Positions 1-9,452 of a stretch of DNA of 64,000 nucleotides are shown here, piece after piece. The stretch is from positions 21,352 through 85,351 of the forward strand of contig CABQSB010000009.1 of NCBI GenBank assembly GCA_902466735.1, written 5' to 3'. How positions within the stretch are numbered: the first letter of the stretch is position 1; every line of letters starts with the position of its first letter. This DNA is from an uncultured Collinsella sp. Lineage in GTDB: Bacteria > Actinomycetota > Coriobacteriia > Coriobacteriales > Coriobacteriaceae. The position numbers and the translations under genes were made by a program. The notes beneath the pieces are model-generated. The model did not search any database. It was given only the letters and a program-made list of their open reading frames with translations, and had not been told where the DNA came from.

Positions 1-146
1 CTCAATGCCGAGCTGCAGATGCTGAACCTCGACAATGCCCGCATCATGCTCAACCAAGTCGACACGCTTGCCGATCCAACGATGGCAGATTGCTTCGAGG
101 CAGCCCTCGGCCGCCCCCTCATCGCCACCAGCCTCCAGGGGTAGCA
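1..146 (+). CDS. 3' end of an upstream plus-strand gene (partial, product not assignable)
   Basis: Stop-free frame from the window edge to TAG at about 144-146, convergent with hyuA. The 48-aa tail is too short to classify. Confidence 0.3.
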
Positions 147-159
147 AATTTGGGACGGG

Positions 160-188
160 GCTCTTTTTGCTGCCCCGTCCCAAAAAAT
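160..188. terminator. GC-rich hairpin (GGGACGGGGC / GCCCCGTCCC, 10-bp perfect stem) with A/T tracts on both sides, between convergent genes
   Basis: Perfect inverted repeat read directly. T-run on the minus-strand side, A-run on the plus-strand side. Likely a bidirectional intrinsic terminator. Confidence 0.5.
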
Positions 189-223
189 CATCTCCCAAAT
201 TAGCTACCCCGGCGGTCTTCCCG

Positions 224-1591
224 TTAGCGGGGCACGTAGCGGCCGGGTTGGGCTCCGGTGGGCTCGCCGTCGCGCGCAGCCAGCACGCCGTTCACAAACA
301 CGGCCTTGGCGCGGCCGTGTGCCTCAAAGCCCTCGAGCGGCGTATAGTCCACAGCCTGATGCTGCGTCGCCGCGCGAATGGTCCAGCGCGCCTTGGGATC
401 CCACACGCATACGTCGGCATCGGAGCCCTCGGCAAGACAGCCCTTGCGCGGATACATGCCAAAGACGCGCGCCGGGTTCTCGCTCATCAAGCGGCACAGA
501 TCCTCGGGGCCCAGCTGTCCCTCAAAGCTCGTAGCGATCGCGACGGGGCGATGCTCCACACCGGGCCCGCCGTTGGGAATCGCGCGAAAGTCATCGCGCC
601 CGCGGTCCTTTTGCCCGTGCAGATTAAAGCTGCAGTGGTCGGTGGCAATAGTATCGATCTCGCCAGCCACAAGCGCCTCGCGCAGCGCGGCACGGTCACC
701 GGCATGGCGCAGCGGCGGGCTCATCACGTACTTGGCGCCCGCAAAGCCGTCCTCGCCCTGCTCCAAGTAGCGCGTATCGTCGAGCATCAGATACTGAGGG
801 CAGGTCTCGACATAGATGTTCTTCTGCCCGTGCGCTTTGGCAGCGCGAATGGCCTCGAGCCCCAGCTTGGTCGAAAGGTGCACCACGTTGACCGGAGCGT
901 CCCCGGCCAAGTGCGCCAGATACAGCAGGCGGCTCACGGCCTCGGCCTCACACACGTCCGGACGGCTGAGCGCATGGCCCTCGGGCCCGTGGATACCCTG
1001 CTCAAACACGCGCTTCTGCAGCGCGTTGACCAACGTGCCGTTCTCGCAATGCACGCACAGGATACCGCCCACGTGCTTGAGCTCCTCCAGCACCTCGAGC
1101 GTCTCGGCATCGTCCAGGCGCAGATGGTCGTAGGCAAAGTAGGTCTTAAACGACGACACGCCCGCCTCGCGCATGGCCGAAAGATCGGCGCGGTTGCGCT
1201 CATTCCACTCGGCAAGCGCCATATGGAAGGCATAGTTGGCGGTGCAGGTGCCGTCGGCGCGATGATGCCACTCGACCAAGGCATCGGGCATGGTCACGCC
1301 GCGATCGGCCGTCGCGTAGTCCACAATGGTCGTCGTGCCGCCGCAGGCAGCCGCGCGCGTGCCGGTCTCAAAGCTATCGGCTGTCCAATCCATGCCGGTC
1401 CAGCACTGCATGTGCGTGTGCCCATCGATAAAGCCCGGGAACACCCAGCAGCCCGCAGCATCCTCGACGGTATCGCCCTCGGCCGGCTCAATCGCCGCGG
1501 CAATCCGTACGATCTTATCGCCATCCATGGCAAGATCGGCGCGGCGAAGCCCTTGGGGCGTCACGAGTGCGCCGTTTTTGATGATGATCAT
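224..1591 (-). CDS. hyuA: D-hydantoinase / dihydropyrimidinase-family cyclic amidohydrolase (HyuA-like)
   Basis: 455 aa. N-terminal metal-binding motif GFIDGHTHM in an amidohydrolase fold. Same position as E. coli hyuA in the ygeW-ygeX-ygeY-hyuA cluster. Confidence 0.85.
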   Translation of the reverse strand: MIIIKNGALVTPQGLRRADLAMDGDKIVRIAAAIEPAEGDTVEDAAGCWVFPGFIDGHTHMQCWTGMDWTADSFETGTRAAACGGTTTIVDYATADRGVTMPDALVEWHHRADGTCTANYAFHMALAEWNERNRADLSAMREAGVSSFKTYFAYDHLRLDDAETLEVLEELKHVGGILCVHCENGTLVNALQKRVFEQGIHGPEGHALSRPDVCEAEAVSRLLYLAHLAGDAPVNVVHLSTKLGLEAIRAAKAHGQKNIYVETCPQYLMLDDTRYLEQGEDGFAGAKYVMSPPLRHAGDRAALREALVAGEIDTIATDHCSFNLHGQKDRGRDDFRAIPNGGPGVEHRPVAIATSFEGQLGPEDLCRLMSENPARVFGMYPRKGCLAEGSDADVCVWDPKARWTIRAATQHQAVDYTPLEGFEAHGRAKAVFVNGVLAARDGEPTGAQPGRYVPR

Positions 1592-1600
1592 AATTGCTCC

Positions 1601-2215
1601 TTATTGATTGATGCAGTTGGCCACGCGATCAAAATACGAGCAGGCGGCGATATGCTCCGTTATGCGTCGCTGTCCCTTGACGGTATCGACGTCCCACAGC
1701 TCGTAGGCACGCGCCTCGACCAGCACCACGTCGGTACGGTCCTTGAGGGTCGAACCGCCGCCGTCCTTACCCTCAAGACACATAAGTGCATCGAACAGTT
1801 CCGCCGGAAAGAGCACCGGGCTCGAAGGCTCACCGTTGCACGCAAGACGCACCGGATACTTGCGGCCACGCTCATCAAACGCGCGAACCATGGCCTCAAA
1901 AGAATCCGAACTCACGAGCGGCTGGTCGCCCGGCAAAAAGAGGCAACCTTTCCAGTTACGTTCGACTCCCCACGAAAGGCCCGCACGGACGCTTTCGCTG
2001 CGCAGCTCGCCATCGTGCAGCACGCACGGGCAATGCTTGTCATCGCAAATCTGGGCGACCTCGGGCCAACGCGTCGAAACCACGACGTCAAAGCCCCGGG
2101 GAACCGAATCGATAGTCCGGGCAATCAGCGGCTTGCCATAGATATCGGCAAGCATCTTGTTAGAGCCAAACCGCTTGCCCTCGCCCGAAGCCATAATGAC
2201 GCAACCGAGTTTCAT
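1601..2215 (-). CDS. mocA: MobA-like nucleotidyltransferase, probable molybdenum cofactor cytidylyltransferase (MocA/YgfJ-like)
   Basis: Start trimmed to MKLGCVIMASGEGKRFG, preceded by GGAGG. GxxSxRFG nucleotidyl-transferase motif. About 204 aa. E. coli ygfJ (mocA) lies in the same cluster. Confidence 0.7.
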   Translation of the reverse strand: MKLGCVIMASGEGKRFGSNKMLADIYGKPLIARTIDSVPRGFDVVVSTRWPEVAQICDDKHCPCVLHDGELRSESVRAGLSWGVERNWKGCLFLPGDQPLVSSDSFEAMVRAFDERGRKYPVRLACNGEPSSPVLFPAELFDALMCLEGKDGGGSTLKDRTDVVLVEARAYELWDVDTVKGQRRITEHIAACSYFDRVANCINQ

Positions 2216-2365
2216 GGCGATACCTCCCCTGAAACCATCGTACCCATAACTCGCGTCGCGGGGCATCTACATCGAAAGCGCTTATCCCGCACGCCCACGA
2301 TGCAAAAAGGGGCACCCCGCCGGTTGGCAGAGCGCCCCCTTTACATGGCTTACCTCAGCGCGGCT

Positions 2366-3568
2366 TTAGGCCTGGAACCAACGGGCGGTGTTGCGCTCGT
2401 CGAGGGCCTTGAGGGTAGCGGCGGGATCGGCAACCTTCTGCAGGAACATCATGGCTGCGATGGCGTACGGCTTGTAGCTGGCCTCCTTGTACATGCCCAC
2501 GCGGTGCATGTCAAAGACGTCGGCGTTGACCTCGCCGTGCTCGCAAGAGACACCAGAGATGTCGGCGGGCAGCGGATGCATAAAGATGGTGTCCTGGCCG
2601 TTGGCGGTCTTCTCCATGAGCTCGGTCGTGGAGCACCAATCCTGATGGGTGGCGTTCTGAGCGAGCAGCTCCTTCTCGAGCGCAGCGATGCCGGCGTCGT
2701 CGCCCTCGGCGTACAGGTTGGTGCGCTTCTCCATGGCGGCAAACGGAGCCCAGCTCTTGGGGATCACGATGTCGGCGCCTTCGAAGGCCTCGGCCATGGT
2801 GTTGACCTGCTTAAAGGTGGTGCCGGACTCGGCGGCATAGCCCTTGGCGCGCTCGACGACCTCGGGCATGAGATCGTAGCCCTCGGGGTGGGCCAGGGTG
2901 ACGTCCATGCCAAAACGGGGCAGCAGGCTGATCAGCGACTGCGGGCAGGACAGCGGCTTGCCGTAAGAAGGCGAATAGGCCCAGGTGACGGCAACCTTCT
3001 TGCCCTTGAGGTTCTCGAGGCCGCCAAACTCGTTGATGAGGTAGAGCATGTCGGCAGAGGACTGCGTGGGGTGATCGGAGTCGGACTGCAGGGAGATGAG
3101 CGTGGGACGGTGATCCAGAACGCCGTCCTCGTAGGCCTGCTGGACAGACTCGGAGACCTCGGCCATGTAGGCGTCGCCCTTGCCGATGTACATGTCGTCG
3201 CGGATGCCGATGACGTCGGCCATGAAGGAGATCATGGTAGCGGTCTCGCGGACGGTCTCGCCGTGAGCGATCTGGGACTTCTTCTCGTCCAGGTCCTGCA
3301 GCTCGAGGCCGAGCAGGTTGGCGGCCTTAGAGAAGGAGAAGCGCGTACGGGTGGAGTTGTCGCGGAACAGGGAGACGGCCAGGCCCGAGTCGAAGATCTT
3401 GGACGAAACGTTGTTCTCACGCAGCTCGCGCAGGGCGTCGGCAACGATGTAGAGAGCCTTGAGCTCATCGGTGGTCTTATCCCAGGTGTGCAGGAAGTCG
3501 CTGCCGTACATGCCCTTAAAATTGAGGCCGTTCAGCTGCTCGACGAGCTCGGTAAACTTGGCGTCCAT
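2366..3568 (-). CDS. ygeW: YgeW-type carbamoyltransferase (ornithine/aspartate transcarbamylase superfamily)
   Basis: STRTR carbamoyl-phosphate binding motif. About 400 aa from MDAKFTELVEQ, with AGGA 8 nt upstream. The ORF-track N-terminal extension has no RBS. Confidence 0.85.
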   Translation of the reverse strand: MDAKFTELVEQLNGLNFKGMYGSDFLHTWDKTTDELKALYIVADALRELRENNVSSKIFDSGLAVSLFRDNSTRTRFSFSKAANLLGLELQDLDEKKSQIAHGETVRETATMISFMADVIGIRDDMYIGKGDAYMAEVSESVQQAYEDGVLDHRPTLISLQSDSDHPTQSSADMLYLINEFGGLENLKGKKVAVTWAYSPSYGKPLSCPQSLISLLPRFGMDVTLAHPEGYDLMPEVVERAKGYAAESGTTFKQVNTMAEAFEGADIVIPKSWAPFAAMEKRTNLYAEGDDAGIAALEKELLAQNATHQDWCSTTELMEKTANGQDTIFMHPLPADISGVSCEHGEVNADVFDMHRVGMYKEASYKPYAIAAMMFLQKVADPAATLKALDERNTARWFQA

Positions 3569-3769
3569 GTAAATATCCTTTCCATAGATGAAACGATCGC
3601 AATGAGTAGATGTGCTCCGGCATGCGCGTGTGGCTAGAACATGCAGAGCGCTATGACGAGGACCCGCTACCGTTGAGGAAGCATGGGAGATAACGACCGC
3701 GGGCCCCAAGTCAACAGGGGGTGCCGGGGACACGAGCGGCCCCCGGCTCAACAAGATCAAGGAATGGGA

Positions 3770-5155
3770 CTAGTCGATCTTGTTGTTGGTCAGACCGGCG
3801 CGGAACACGGTAGCGTCGCCATCGGCCTGGCTCGGATCGTAGAGGTTCAGGGCAGCCACATACATGGCGGCAGCGGTGACCAGGTCGTCCTTGTAGGTGA
3901 CCTCGTTGGGAGCGTGAGCCTGAGACTCGGCACCCGGGCCAAAGCCGACGCAGGGGATGCCATAGCGACCCTGGATGGAAACGCAGTTCGTGGAGAAGGT
4001 CCACTTGTCGCACAGCGGACGACCGGTGCGCTTGTCCATGCTGGGCTCGCAGCCGATGCGCTCGTCACCGAACATGGCCTTGTGGGCGTCGACGAGGGCC
4101 TTGACGTGCGGAGCGGTCTCCTTGTTGATCCACGTGGGGAAGTAAGCCTCGGTCTCGTAGACCTCGCCGGTCCAGGACGGACGGTCGTACATGTACATGG
4201 AGACCTTCACGTCGTCGCCGTACTTCTTGGCGGCCGGCAGGTTACGGATCTCGTCCAGGCAGGACTCCCAGGTCTCACCGGCGGTCATGCGACGGTCGAT
4301 GGAGATGGCGCAGGAGTCAGCGACAGCGCAGCGGCTGGGGCTGGTGTAGAAGATCTGGCTGACGGTGCAGGTGCCGCGGCCCAGGAAGCGGGCGTCCTCG
4401 AAGTGCTCGGGGTTGTACTTGGGGTCGAGCATCTTGACGAGGCCCTTGATGTCGGTCGACTCGTCACAGCCGTTGTTGTTGAGGGCGCGGACGTCGGCGA
4501 TGATGTCGGCCATCTTGTAGATGGCGTTGTCGCCGCGGTCGGGAGCGGAGCCGTGGCAGGAGGTGCCGTGAACGTCGACGCGGATCTCCATGCGGCCGCG
4601 GTGACCGCGATAGATGCCGCCGTCGGTGGGCTCGGTGGAAATGACGAACTCGGGCTTAATGCCGTCCTTGTTGTAGATGTACTGCCAGCACATGCCGTCG
4701 CAGTCCTCTTCCTGGACGGTGCCGACGACCATGATCTTGTAGCCCTCGGGGATGAGGCCCATGTCCTTCATCATCTTGGCAGCATAGGTAGCAGAAGCCA
4801 TGCCGCCCTCCTGGTCGGAGCCGCCGCGGCCGTAGATGATCTCGTCGGTTTCGTAGCCCTCATAGGGATCGGCATCCCAGTTCTCGATGTTGCCGATACC
4901 GACGGTGTCGATGTGGGAGTCGATGGCGATGATCTTGTCGCCCTCGCCCATAAAGCCCATAACGTTGCCCAGGCCGTCAACCTTGACCTCGTCATAGCCA
5001 AGGCTCTCCATCTCGGCCTTGATGCAAGCGACGACCTCGCCCTCCTCGCAAGACTCAGAGGGGTGAGAGATCATGGCGCGCAGGAAGCGAGTCATATCAG
5101 CGCGGTGAGACTCAGCAGCAGCCTTGATAGCGTCGAAATCGAGTTCTTTAGCCAT
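3770..5155 (-). CDS. ygeY: M20-family metallopeptidase / amidohydrolase, YgeY-like
   Basis: 461 aa. M20 peptidase pattern ([15 protein letters not shown], dimerisation-domain architecture). Adjacent to ygeW and ygeX as in E. coli. Confidence 0.85.
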   Translation of the reverse strand: MAKELDFDAIKAAAESHRADMTRFLRAMISHPSESCEEGEVVACIKAEMESLGYDEVKVDGLGNVMGFMGEGDKIIAIDSHIDTVGIGNIENWDADPYEGYETDEIIYGRGGSDQEGGMASATYAAKMMKDMGLIPEGYKIMVVGTVQEEDCDGMCWQYIYNKDGIKPEFVISTEPTDGGIYRGHRGRMEIRVDVHGTSCHGSAPDRGDNAIYKMADIIADVRALNNNGCDESTDIKGLVKMLDPKYNPEHFEDARFLGRGTCTVSQIFYTSPSRCAVADSCAISIDRRMTAGETWESCLDEIRNLPAAKKYGDDVKVSMYMYDRPSWTGEVYETEAYFPTWINKETAPHVKALVDAHKAMFGDERIGCEPSMDKRTGRPLCDKWTFSTNCVSIQGRYGIPCVGFGPGAESQAHAPNEVTYKDDLVTAAAMYVAALNLYDPSQADGDATVFRAGLTNNKID

Positions 5156-5195
5156 TGTTCATAACCTTTCAAACGAAGGAATCTACCTGTGAGGT

Positions 5196-5313
5196 GGCGG
5201 AGCGATACCTATTTGCTCCGCTGCTCGGACAGTCCTGCGCAAGACGGAAAGCACATTAAGTGCTTTCCTTTGCGTGCGGAACTCGCGACGGAGCAAATAG
5301 GTATCGCTCCGCC
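5196..5313 (+). repeat. Copy 1 of a three-copy structured element: 68-nt conserved core flanked by a perfect 25-bp inverted repeat
   Basis: GGCGGAGCGATACCTATTTGCTCCG, then core CTGCTCGGACAGTCCTGCGCAAGACGGAAAGCACATTAAGTGCTTTCCTTTGCGTGCGGAACTCGCGA, then the exact reverse complement of the flank. Lies about 40 nt upstream of the ygeY start. Confidence 0.8.
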
Positions 5314-5387
5314 TCCCGGGTTCATGCATCTGCAGGACATAGGGGGTCTAATAGGAATTTGGCGCGGCGCGTTGCGCCGCCCAACGA

Positions 5388-6602
5388 TTAGCAGGTCGGA
5401 TATTCGCCTTCCCAAACAATGCGGCGATACTGGTCGGGGTCCGTGTCGCCTTCCGTGGAGAAGCAGAGCACGGAGCTCGTCTTGTCCAGGCCGATGAGCT
5501 CCTTGAGCTCGGCGTACTCGGGATCGAGCATGAGGGTCTCGACCAGGCCGGTGGTCACCGCGCCGGACTCGCCGGAGATGACGCGCGGGTCGCCCTTCTC
5601 GGGAGCACCCAGGGTACGCATACCGCGAGCGGTGACCCAGTCGGGGCAGGACACGAACGCGGTGGTGTGGTTGCGCAGGATATCCCAGCCCAAGATGTTG
5701 GGCTCGCCGCAGCACAGGCCGGCCATGATGGAGGGCATGTCGCCGTCCACAATGCGCGGATCGCCGTCGCCGGCGGCAGCGCCCTTGTACAGGCAGGCGG
5801 CAGGCGCGCACTCGACCACGACGAAGGTGGGCGGGTTATCGGGATACAGGTTGGTGAAGTAGCCCACCACGGCGCCGGCGAGCGAGCCTACGCCAGCCTG
5901 GACAAAGACGTGCGTCGGGCGGTTGATGGCCATCTCGCGCAGCTGCTCGGCAGCCTCGGAAGCCATGGTGCCGTAGCCCTCCATGATCCAGGACGGGATC
6001 TTCTCGTAGCCCTCCCAAGCGGTGTCCTGAACGATAACGCCGCGCTCGCAAGCGTCGGCCTCGGCGGCGGCCATGCGCACGCACTCGTCGTAGTTGACCT
6101 CTTCGATGGTCACCGTGGCGCCCTCGGCGGCGATGTTATCAAAGCGGGGCTTGGTGGAACCCTTGGGCATGTGCACGACGGCCTTCTGGCCCAGCTTGTT
6201 GGCAGCCCATGCCACGCCGCGGCCATGGTTGCCGTCGGTGGCGGTAAAGAAGGTGGCCTGGCCAAAGTCCTTGGCCAGCTGATCGGAGGTCAGGTAATCG
6301 AAGGTGCAGTCGGCAACGTCCTTGCCGGTCTCGTCGGCAATGTAGTTGGCCATGGCAAACGAGCCGCCCAGAACCTTAAAGGCGTTGAGGCCAAAGCGAT
6401 AGCTCTCGTCCTTAACGCACAGGTTGGACAGGCCCAGGCGCGCAGCCTGACCGTCCAGGCGGGCAAGCGGAGTGACGGTATATTGAGGGAACGACTGGTG
6501 GAAGGCGCGGGCCTTCTTCACGTGGTCGAGGCTCATGATTCCCAAGTGCTTATCATCGCTCTTGGGCATCGTGTTGCCCGCCCACTGGATCTTATCGGCC
6601 AT
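5388..6602 (-). CDS. ygeX: diaminopropionate ammonia-lyase (PLP-dependent, fold type II), YgeX/DpaL-like
   Basis: 404 aa. Tryptophan-synthase-beta-like PLP enzyme with characteristic DAPAL N-terminus (LGIMSLDHVKKARAFH..., KDESYRFGLNAFK with the PLP lysine). Confidence 0.85.
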   Translation of the reverse strand: MADKIQWAGNTMPKSDDKHLGIMSLDHVKKARAFHQSFPQYTVTPLARLDGQAARLGLSNLCVKDESYRFGLNAFKVLGGSFAMANYIADETGKDVADCTFDYLTSDQLAKDFGQATFFTATDGNHGRGVAWAANKLGQKAVVHMPKGSTKPRFDNIAAEGATVTIEEVNYDECVRMAAAEADACERGVIVQDTAWEGYEKIPSWIMEGYGTMASEAAEQLREMAINRPTHVFVQAGVGSLAGAVVGYFTNLYPDNPPTFVVVECAPAACLYKGAAAGDGDPRIVDGDMPSIMAGLCCGEPNILGWDILRNHTTAFVSCPDWVTARGMRTLGAPEKGDPRVISGESGAVTTGLVETLMLDPEYAELKELIGLDKTSSVLCFSTEGDTDPDQYRRIVWEGEYPTC

Positions 6603-6693
6603 ACGGTGAACTCCTTAAGTCCTCTCTTGCCGGCCCCCGCATACGCGTTTCAGCCCATTCCCATTCATGCGGCTGAACTTTTATGTGGATGCC

Positions 6694-6759
6694 AAACAAA
6701 AAGTTTGTTAGCACTGTTCTATCACACTTTTTCATTGCTAAACCTAACAAATTGTTTGT
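6694..6759. promoter_or_regulatory. Two palindromes AACAAA-N3-TTTGTT in an AT-rich divergent intergenic region between ygeX and the yheO-like gene: candidate operator(s) or promoter
   Basis: AACAAAAAGTTTGTT at about 6694-6708 and AACAAATTGTTTGTT at about 6745-6759. The region is strikingly AT-rich compared with the genome. Confidence 0.4.
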
Positions 6760-6879
6760 TGCCGCAATCGGTACCTTTTCGCCGCCGAACGGTCACATAA
6801 CGCAGCAACGCTTTCGTTATTTGCGAACAAGTGTGGTTTATGGCAAAGTGAGCCCAAACTAATTTTTAGGAAGGCACCC

Positions 6880-7533
6880 ATGACCCACGCACAGATTGAG
6901 TTTTACAAGCGCCTTGCACACGGTCTGGCGCTCCAATTTGGCCCCAACTGCGAAGTCGTCGTCCACGATCTGGAGACCGAGGACGTGGACCACTCCATCG
7001 TAGTGATCGAAAATGGCCACGTCAGCGGGCGCAAACTGGGTGACGGCCCCAGCCATATCGTGTTTGAGTCCATGCACGAGGGCACCACCGACGTACACGA
7101 CCGCGAGCCGTACCTCACTAAAACCACCGATGGCAAGCTGCTCAAGTCCTCGACCATCTTTATCCGCAACGACGAAGGCAAGCCCGTCGGCATTTTGGGC
7201 ATCAACTTTGACATTACGCTTATGAAGGCTTTTGAGCGTTCGCTCGACGCCTTTACCGGCACCGGCGGCACGGGCTATACCGAGCCCGAGCCCATTACCA
7301 AGAACATCGGCGACCTGCTCGAGGACCTGCTGCACGAGTGCGAGCAGTTTGTGGGCAAGCCCGCGGCACTCATGACCAAAGACGAGCGTATTCGTGCCAT
7401 TGGCTACCTCGACCGTCGCGGCGCCTTCCTCATTTCAAAGTCGAGCGAGCGCGCCTGCGAGTTCTTTGGCATCTCCAAATACAGCTTCTATAGCTACCTC
7501 AACGAGGCCAAGGCGGCGGCCGGCGACAAGTAG
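6880..7533 (+). CDS. YheO-like PAS-domain transcriptional regulator (PAS-like N-terminus plus C-terminal HTH)
   Basis: 217 aa. Conserved YheO-family N-terminal block (FYKRLAHGLALQFGPNCEVVVHDLE...VIENGHVSGRKLGDGPSHIV). Divergent from the ygeX operon. Confidence 0.7.
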   Translation: MTHAQIEFYKRLAHGLALQFGPNCEVVVHDLETEDVDHSIVVIENGHVSGRKLGDGPSHIVFESMHEGTTDVHDREPYLTKTTDGKLLKSSTIFIRNDEGKPVGILGINFDITLMKAFERSLDAFTGTGGTGYTEPEPITKNIGDLLEDLLHECEQFVGKPAALMTKDERIRAIGYLDRRGAFLISKSSERACEFFGISKYSFYSYLNEAKAAAGDK

Positions 7534-7656
7534 GTACTCGCCTGGATTGCCCCTCCCCTTTTGGGCGCGAGTTCTGGAAAGCACGAATCCAAGACCGAGT
7601 CGCTTGGGAAGTTCCATATAATCGATGTCATTGGTATTTCGAAAGGGTGGAACAGA

Positions 7657-8643
7657 ATGGCGCTGAGCAAGGCATCATGCACCGGTCGCGGATTGATTCC
7701 AGCAATTGGTGGACATGTGCACCGCATGTTCGATGAGGGTGAAGACGACCTGTTTTCGCTGAGCCTTGACGACGTGATGGATGATCGCCCGTGGACCGCC
7801 GACGAACTCATGGGCGGTGGGGCTCGCCCGTCAAGCCCCAATCCCGCACTTGCGCCTAAGTCCGCATCTGCGCCGACTCCTGCGCAGCCGCCTGTTTCGA
7901 CGCCCGCGTCTGCGCCCGCACCCATTTCGGCGCCCACGCCCACTCCCCGCCCCGCAAGCGACCCGTCCGAGACGGCGGCATTTCTCGCTGCGGCGACGCA
8001 GGGCAAATCGGCCGACAGCACCGTTATGTACAGCGCCCAGCAGTTGCCTGTTCCTGCGGCACGCAAGCCTCCGGTCACAAGGCTCGATGAGCCCGTTGCC
8101 CATCAGGTTGCCTACGATTTCTGGGCTGCAGCCGATCTGGATGAGACCTCTACCGGCATGCCGGCGCTCGACGTTCCAGTTAACCCGCTTTTTGCCGCCA
8201 ACACGAGCGCCGCGGACTATGAGGGCGGTGCGGCATATTCCGATTATTCCGATGGCTATGCTGACGCCGGTCGCATCGAGACCGAGGATTATGGCACCGC
8301 ATCGAGCGATTATCTCAACGATCCGTACGCTGCCACGCCTGCACCGGAATATGACCCGGAGGCCGCGTCCGCACCGGCGTATACCAAAAGCACGGGCGAA
8401 GAGCGCTTCGCCGATTATTACGCCAAGGAAAAGGCGCTGCGTTTCTCGGAATTTCCGCAGGCAGTCAAGGCTGCCTTTATCGCCATTGTCATTGCCCTGC
8501 TCGGCGTCATTGCATTTGAGGGATTCCAGCTGTTCTCCGGCCCCACCCAAGCGGAGTCGGAGACCCAGCAAAAAGAGGACGATAACCAGTACCTGGACAT
8601 CAACACCCTCAAGGGCGACCCCAACGACGGGGACGATGAGTAG
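7657..8643 (+). CDS. hypothetical Pro/Ala/Ser-rich low-complexity protein with a single C-terminal transmembrane helix
   Basis: Start trimmed to MALSKAS (AAGGGTGG upstream). Long PAPTPA-type low-complexity region. Hydrophobic stretch AAFIAIVIALLGVIAF near the C-terminus. Confidence 0.4.
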   Translation: MALSKASCTGRGLIPAIGGHVHRMFDEGEDDLFSLSLDDVMDDRPWTADELMGGGARPSSPNPALAPKSASAPTPAQPPVSTPASAPAPISAPTPTPRPASDPSETAAFLAAATQGKSADSTVMYSAQQLPVPAARKPPVTRLDEPVAHQVAYDFWAAADLDETSTGMPALDVPVNPLFAANTSAADYEGGAAYSDYSDGYADAGRIETEDYGTASSDYLNDPYAATPAPEYDPEAASAPAYTKSTGEERFADYYAKEKALRFSEFPQAVKAAFIAIVIALLGVIAFEGFQLFSGPTQAESETQQKEDDNQYLDINTLKGDPNDGDDE

Positions 8644-9008
8644 CGAGAGCTGAAGGCGGCCGCAGGATCCCGCATCCAGCACCGGCTTCTAAGTGCTGTT
8701 TTGTCATCCAGCTACACTTTTCCGAAGTTTTAAGGTGCCTATTTCGACACTTTTCCGTACTTTTACACGGCTGATTTCGACACTTTTCCGGATGAAAGCC
8801 GAATAATCACTTGGGAAACCAACGCCGTTCACGCGTCATTTCGCAGGCGGCGCTTGATTTCTGTCCGTACACGTTGATAGACTTCCTCTTGCCCGCAAGG
8901 AGCGGGCGCATTTTATCCAGAGTCGGGGTAGAGAGTTGGCTCCACGATCCCGACGCCAACCGGCCAAGAGGCACGGTGGCCCTGCCAACATCGATGAAAG
9001 GAGTCCGT

Positions 9009-9374
9009 ATGGACAATTTCTCCGTGCGCAGCGAGCGTAACTTCCACAACCTGATCGTCAAACCGAATCACATGCATCTTCTGGATAAGCCAAATGGCTA
9101 CGCCTCGGCCATGATCAAGAGCAGCCTCTCCCACCAGATGCGCTTTACGGTGCAGGTGCTCTAGGAAGAACTCTGCGCCGCCGGCAGCCCGCACGTGCTG
9201 CAGATCAAGCTGCTTGGAGACGACTCTCGCGAGCCGTCTAGCTGGAAGCTCTTTGCTGACGGCATATGCGTTGCGGACGGATCCGGCGCCTTTGCCCGAG
9301 AGTGCTTCTGCGAGGGAGCCGAGGCATTCCTGGACCTGTGCCGCGACGCCGTACGCACGGCCGAGCTGTACTAG
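9009..9374 (+). pseudogene. small hypothetical ORF (ATG after AAAGGAG) interrupted by one in-frame TAG at 9162-9164, and open for 69 more codons
   Basis: Read directly: MDNFSVRSERNFHNLIV...RFTVQVL, then TAG, then EELCAAGSPHVLQIKLLGDD...AELY. Either a 51-aa peptide or a disrupted 121-aa gene. Confidence 0.25.
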
Positions 9375-9452
9375 TGGAGCCAGAGGGAGTATGAGCTGTT
9401 GAGTGCGGCCCGCGGGATTGCGGGGGCGTAGGCAGACAGGCCAGACAGCTCG

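Noticed and set aside
35-3637. 1200-aa plus-strand ORF, and similar long plus-strand ORFs at 3683-5164, 5667-6800, 14097-17219, 17324-18943, 19376-20347, 20509-21747, 21953-23329, 34134-35117, 35323-36201, 36252-37310, 37453-38379, 52141-54351 and 57846-61139
   Set aside because: All lie antisense to well-supported minus-strand genes (hyuA through ygeW, ygeY, xdhD, ygfK, fusA, rpoC, r-proteins). Their translations are Ala/Arg/Gly-rich low complexity typical of the reverse strand of GC-rich coding DNA. They have no RBS and no recognisable domains.
2366-3760. ORF-track starts for several genes: ygeW 3760, mocA 2266, ygfK 20317, ssnA 21717, permease 23377, accC 44893, rplB 36258, ECF sigma 57586
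   Set aside because: The upstream extensions lack ribosome-binding sites and conserved N-termini. Internal ATG or GTG codons preceded by GGAGG or AAGGAG-type sites coincide with the canonical family N-termini and were used instead.
5314-5387. GC hairpin (GGCGGCGC-AAC-GCGCCGCC) between ygeX and ygeY as a strong terminator splitting the operon
   Set aside because: The stem is short and followed by only a weak U-tract (AAAUUCC). It is more likely a partial attenuator or structure associated with the adjacent element, so it is not called as a feature.
5189-5497. Small ORFs through the three structured-element copies giving similar peptides (…SPAQDGKHIKCFPLRAELA…)
   Set aside because: Peptide similarity follows from nucleotide conservation. 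Substitutions between copies are compensatory across a hairpin (GKH/CFP, GEH/CSP, GGH/WPP), which a coding constraint would not produce. The ORFs have no RBS and differ in start and extent.
9162-9164. In-frame TAG as a recoded (Sec/Pyl) codon
   Set aside because: Selenocysteine uses TGA, not TAG. No pyl genes or PYLIS-like context are visible. A plain stop or pseudogene is more parsimonious.
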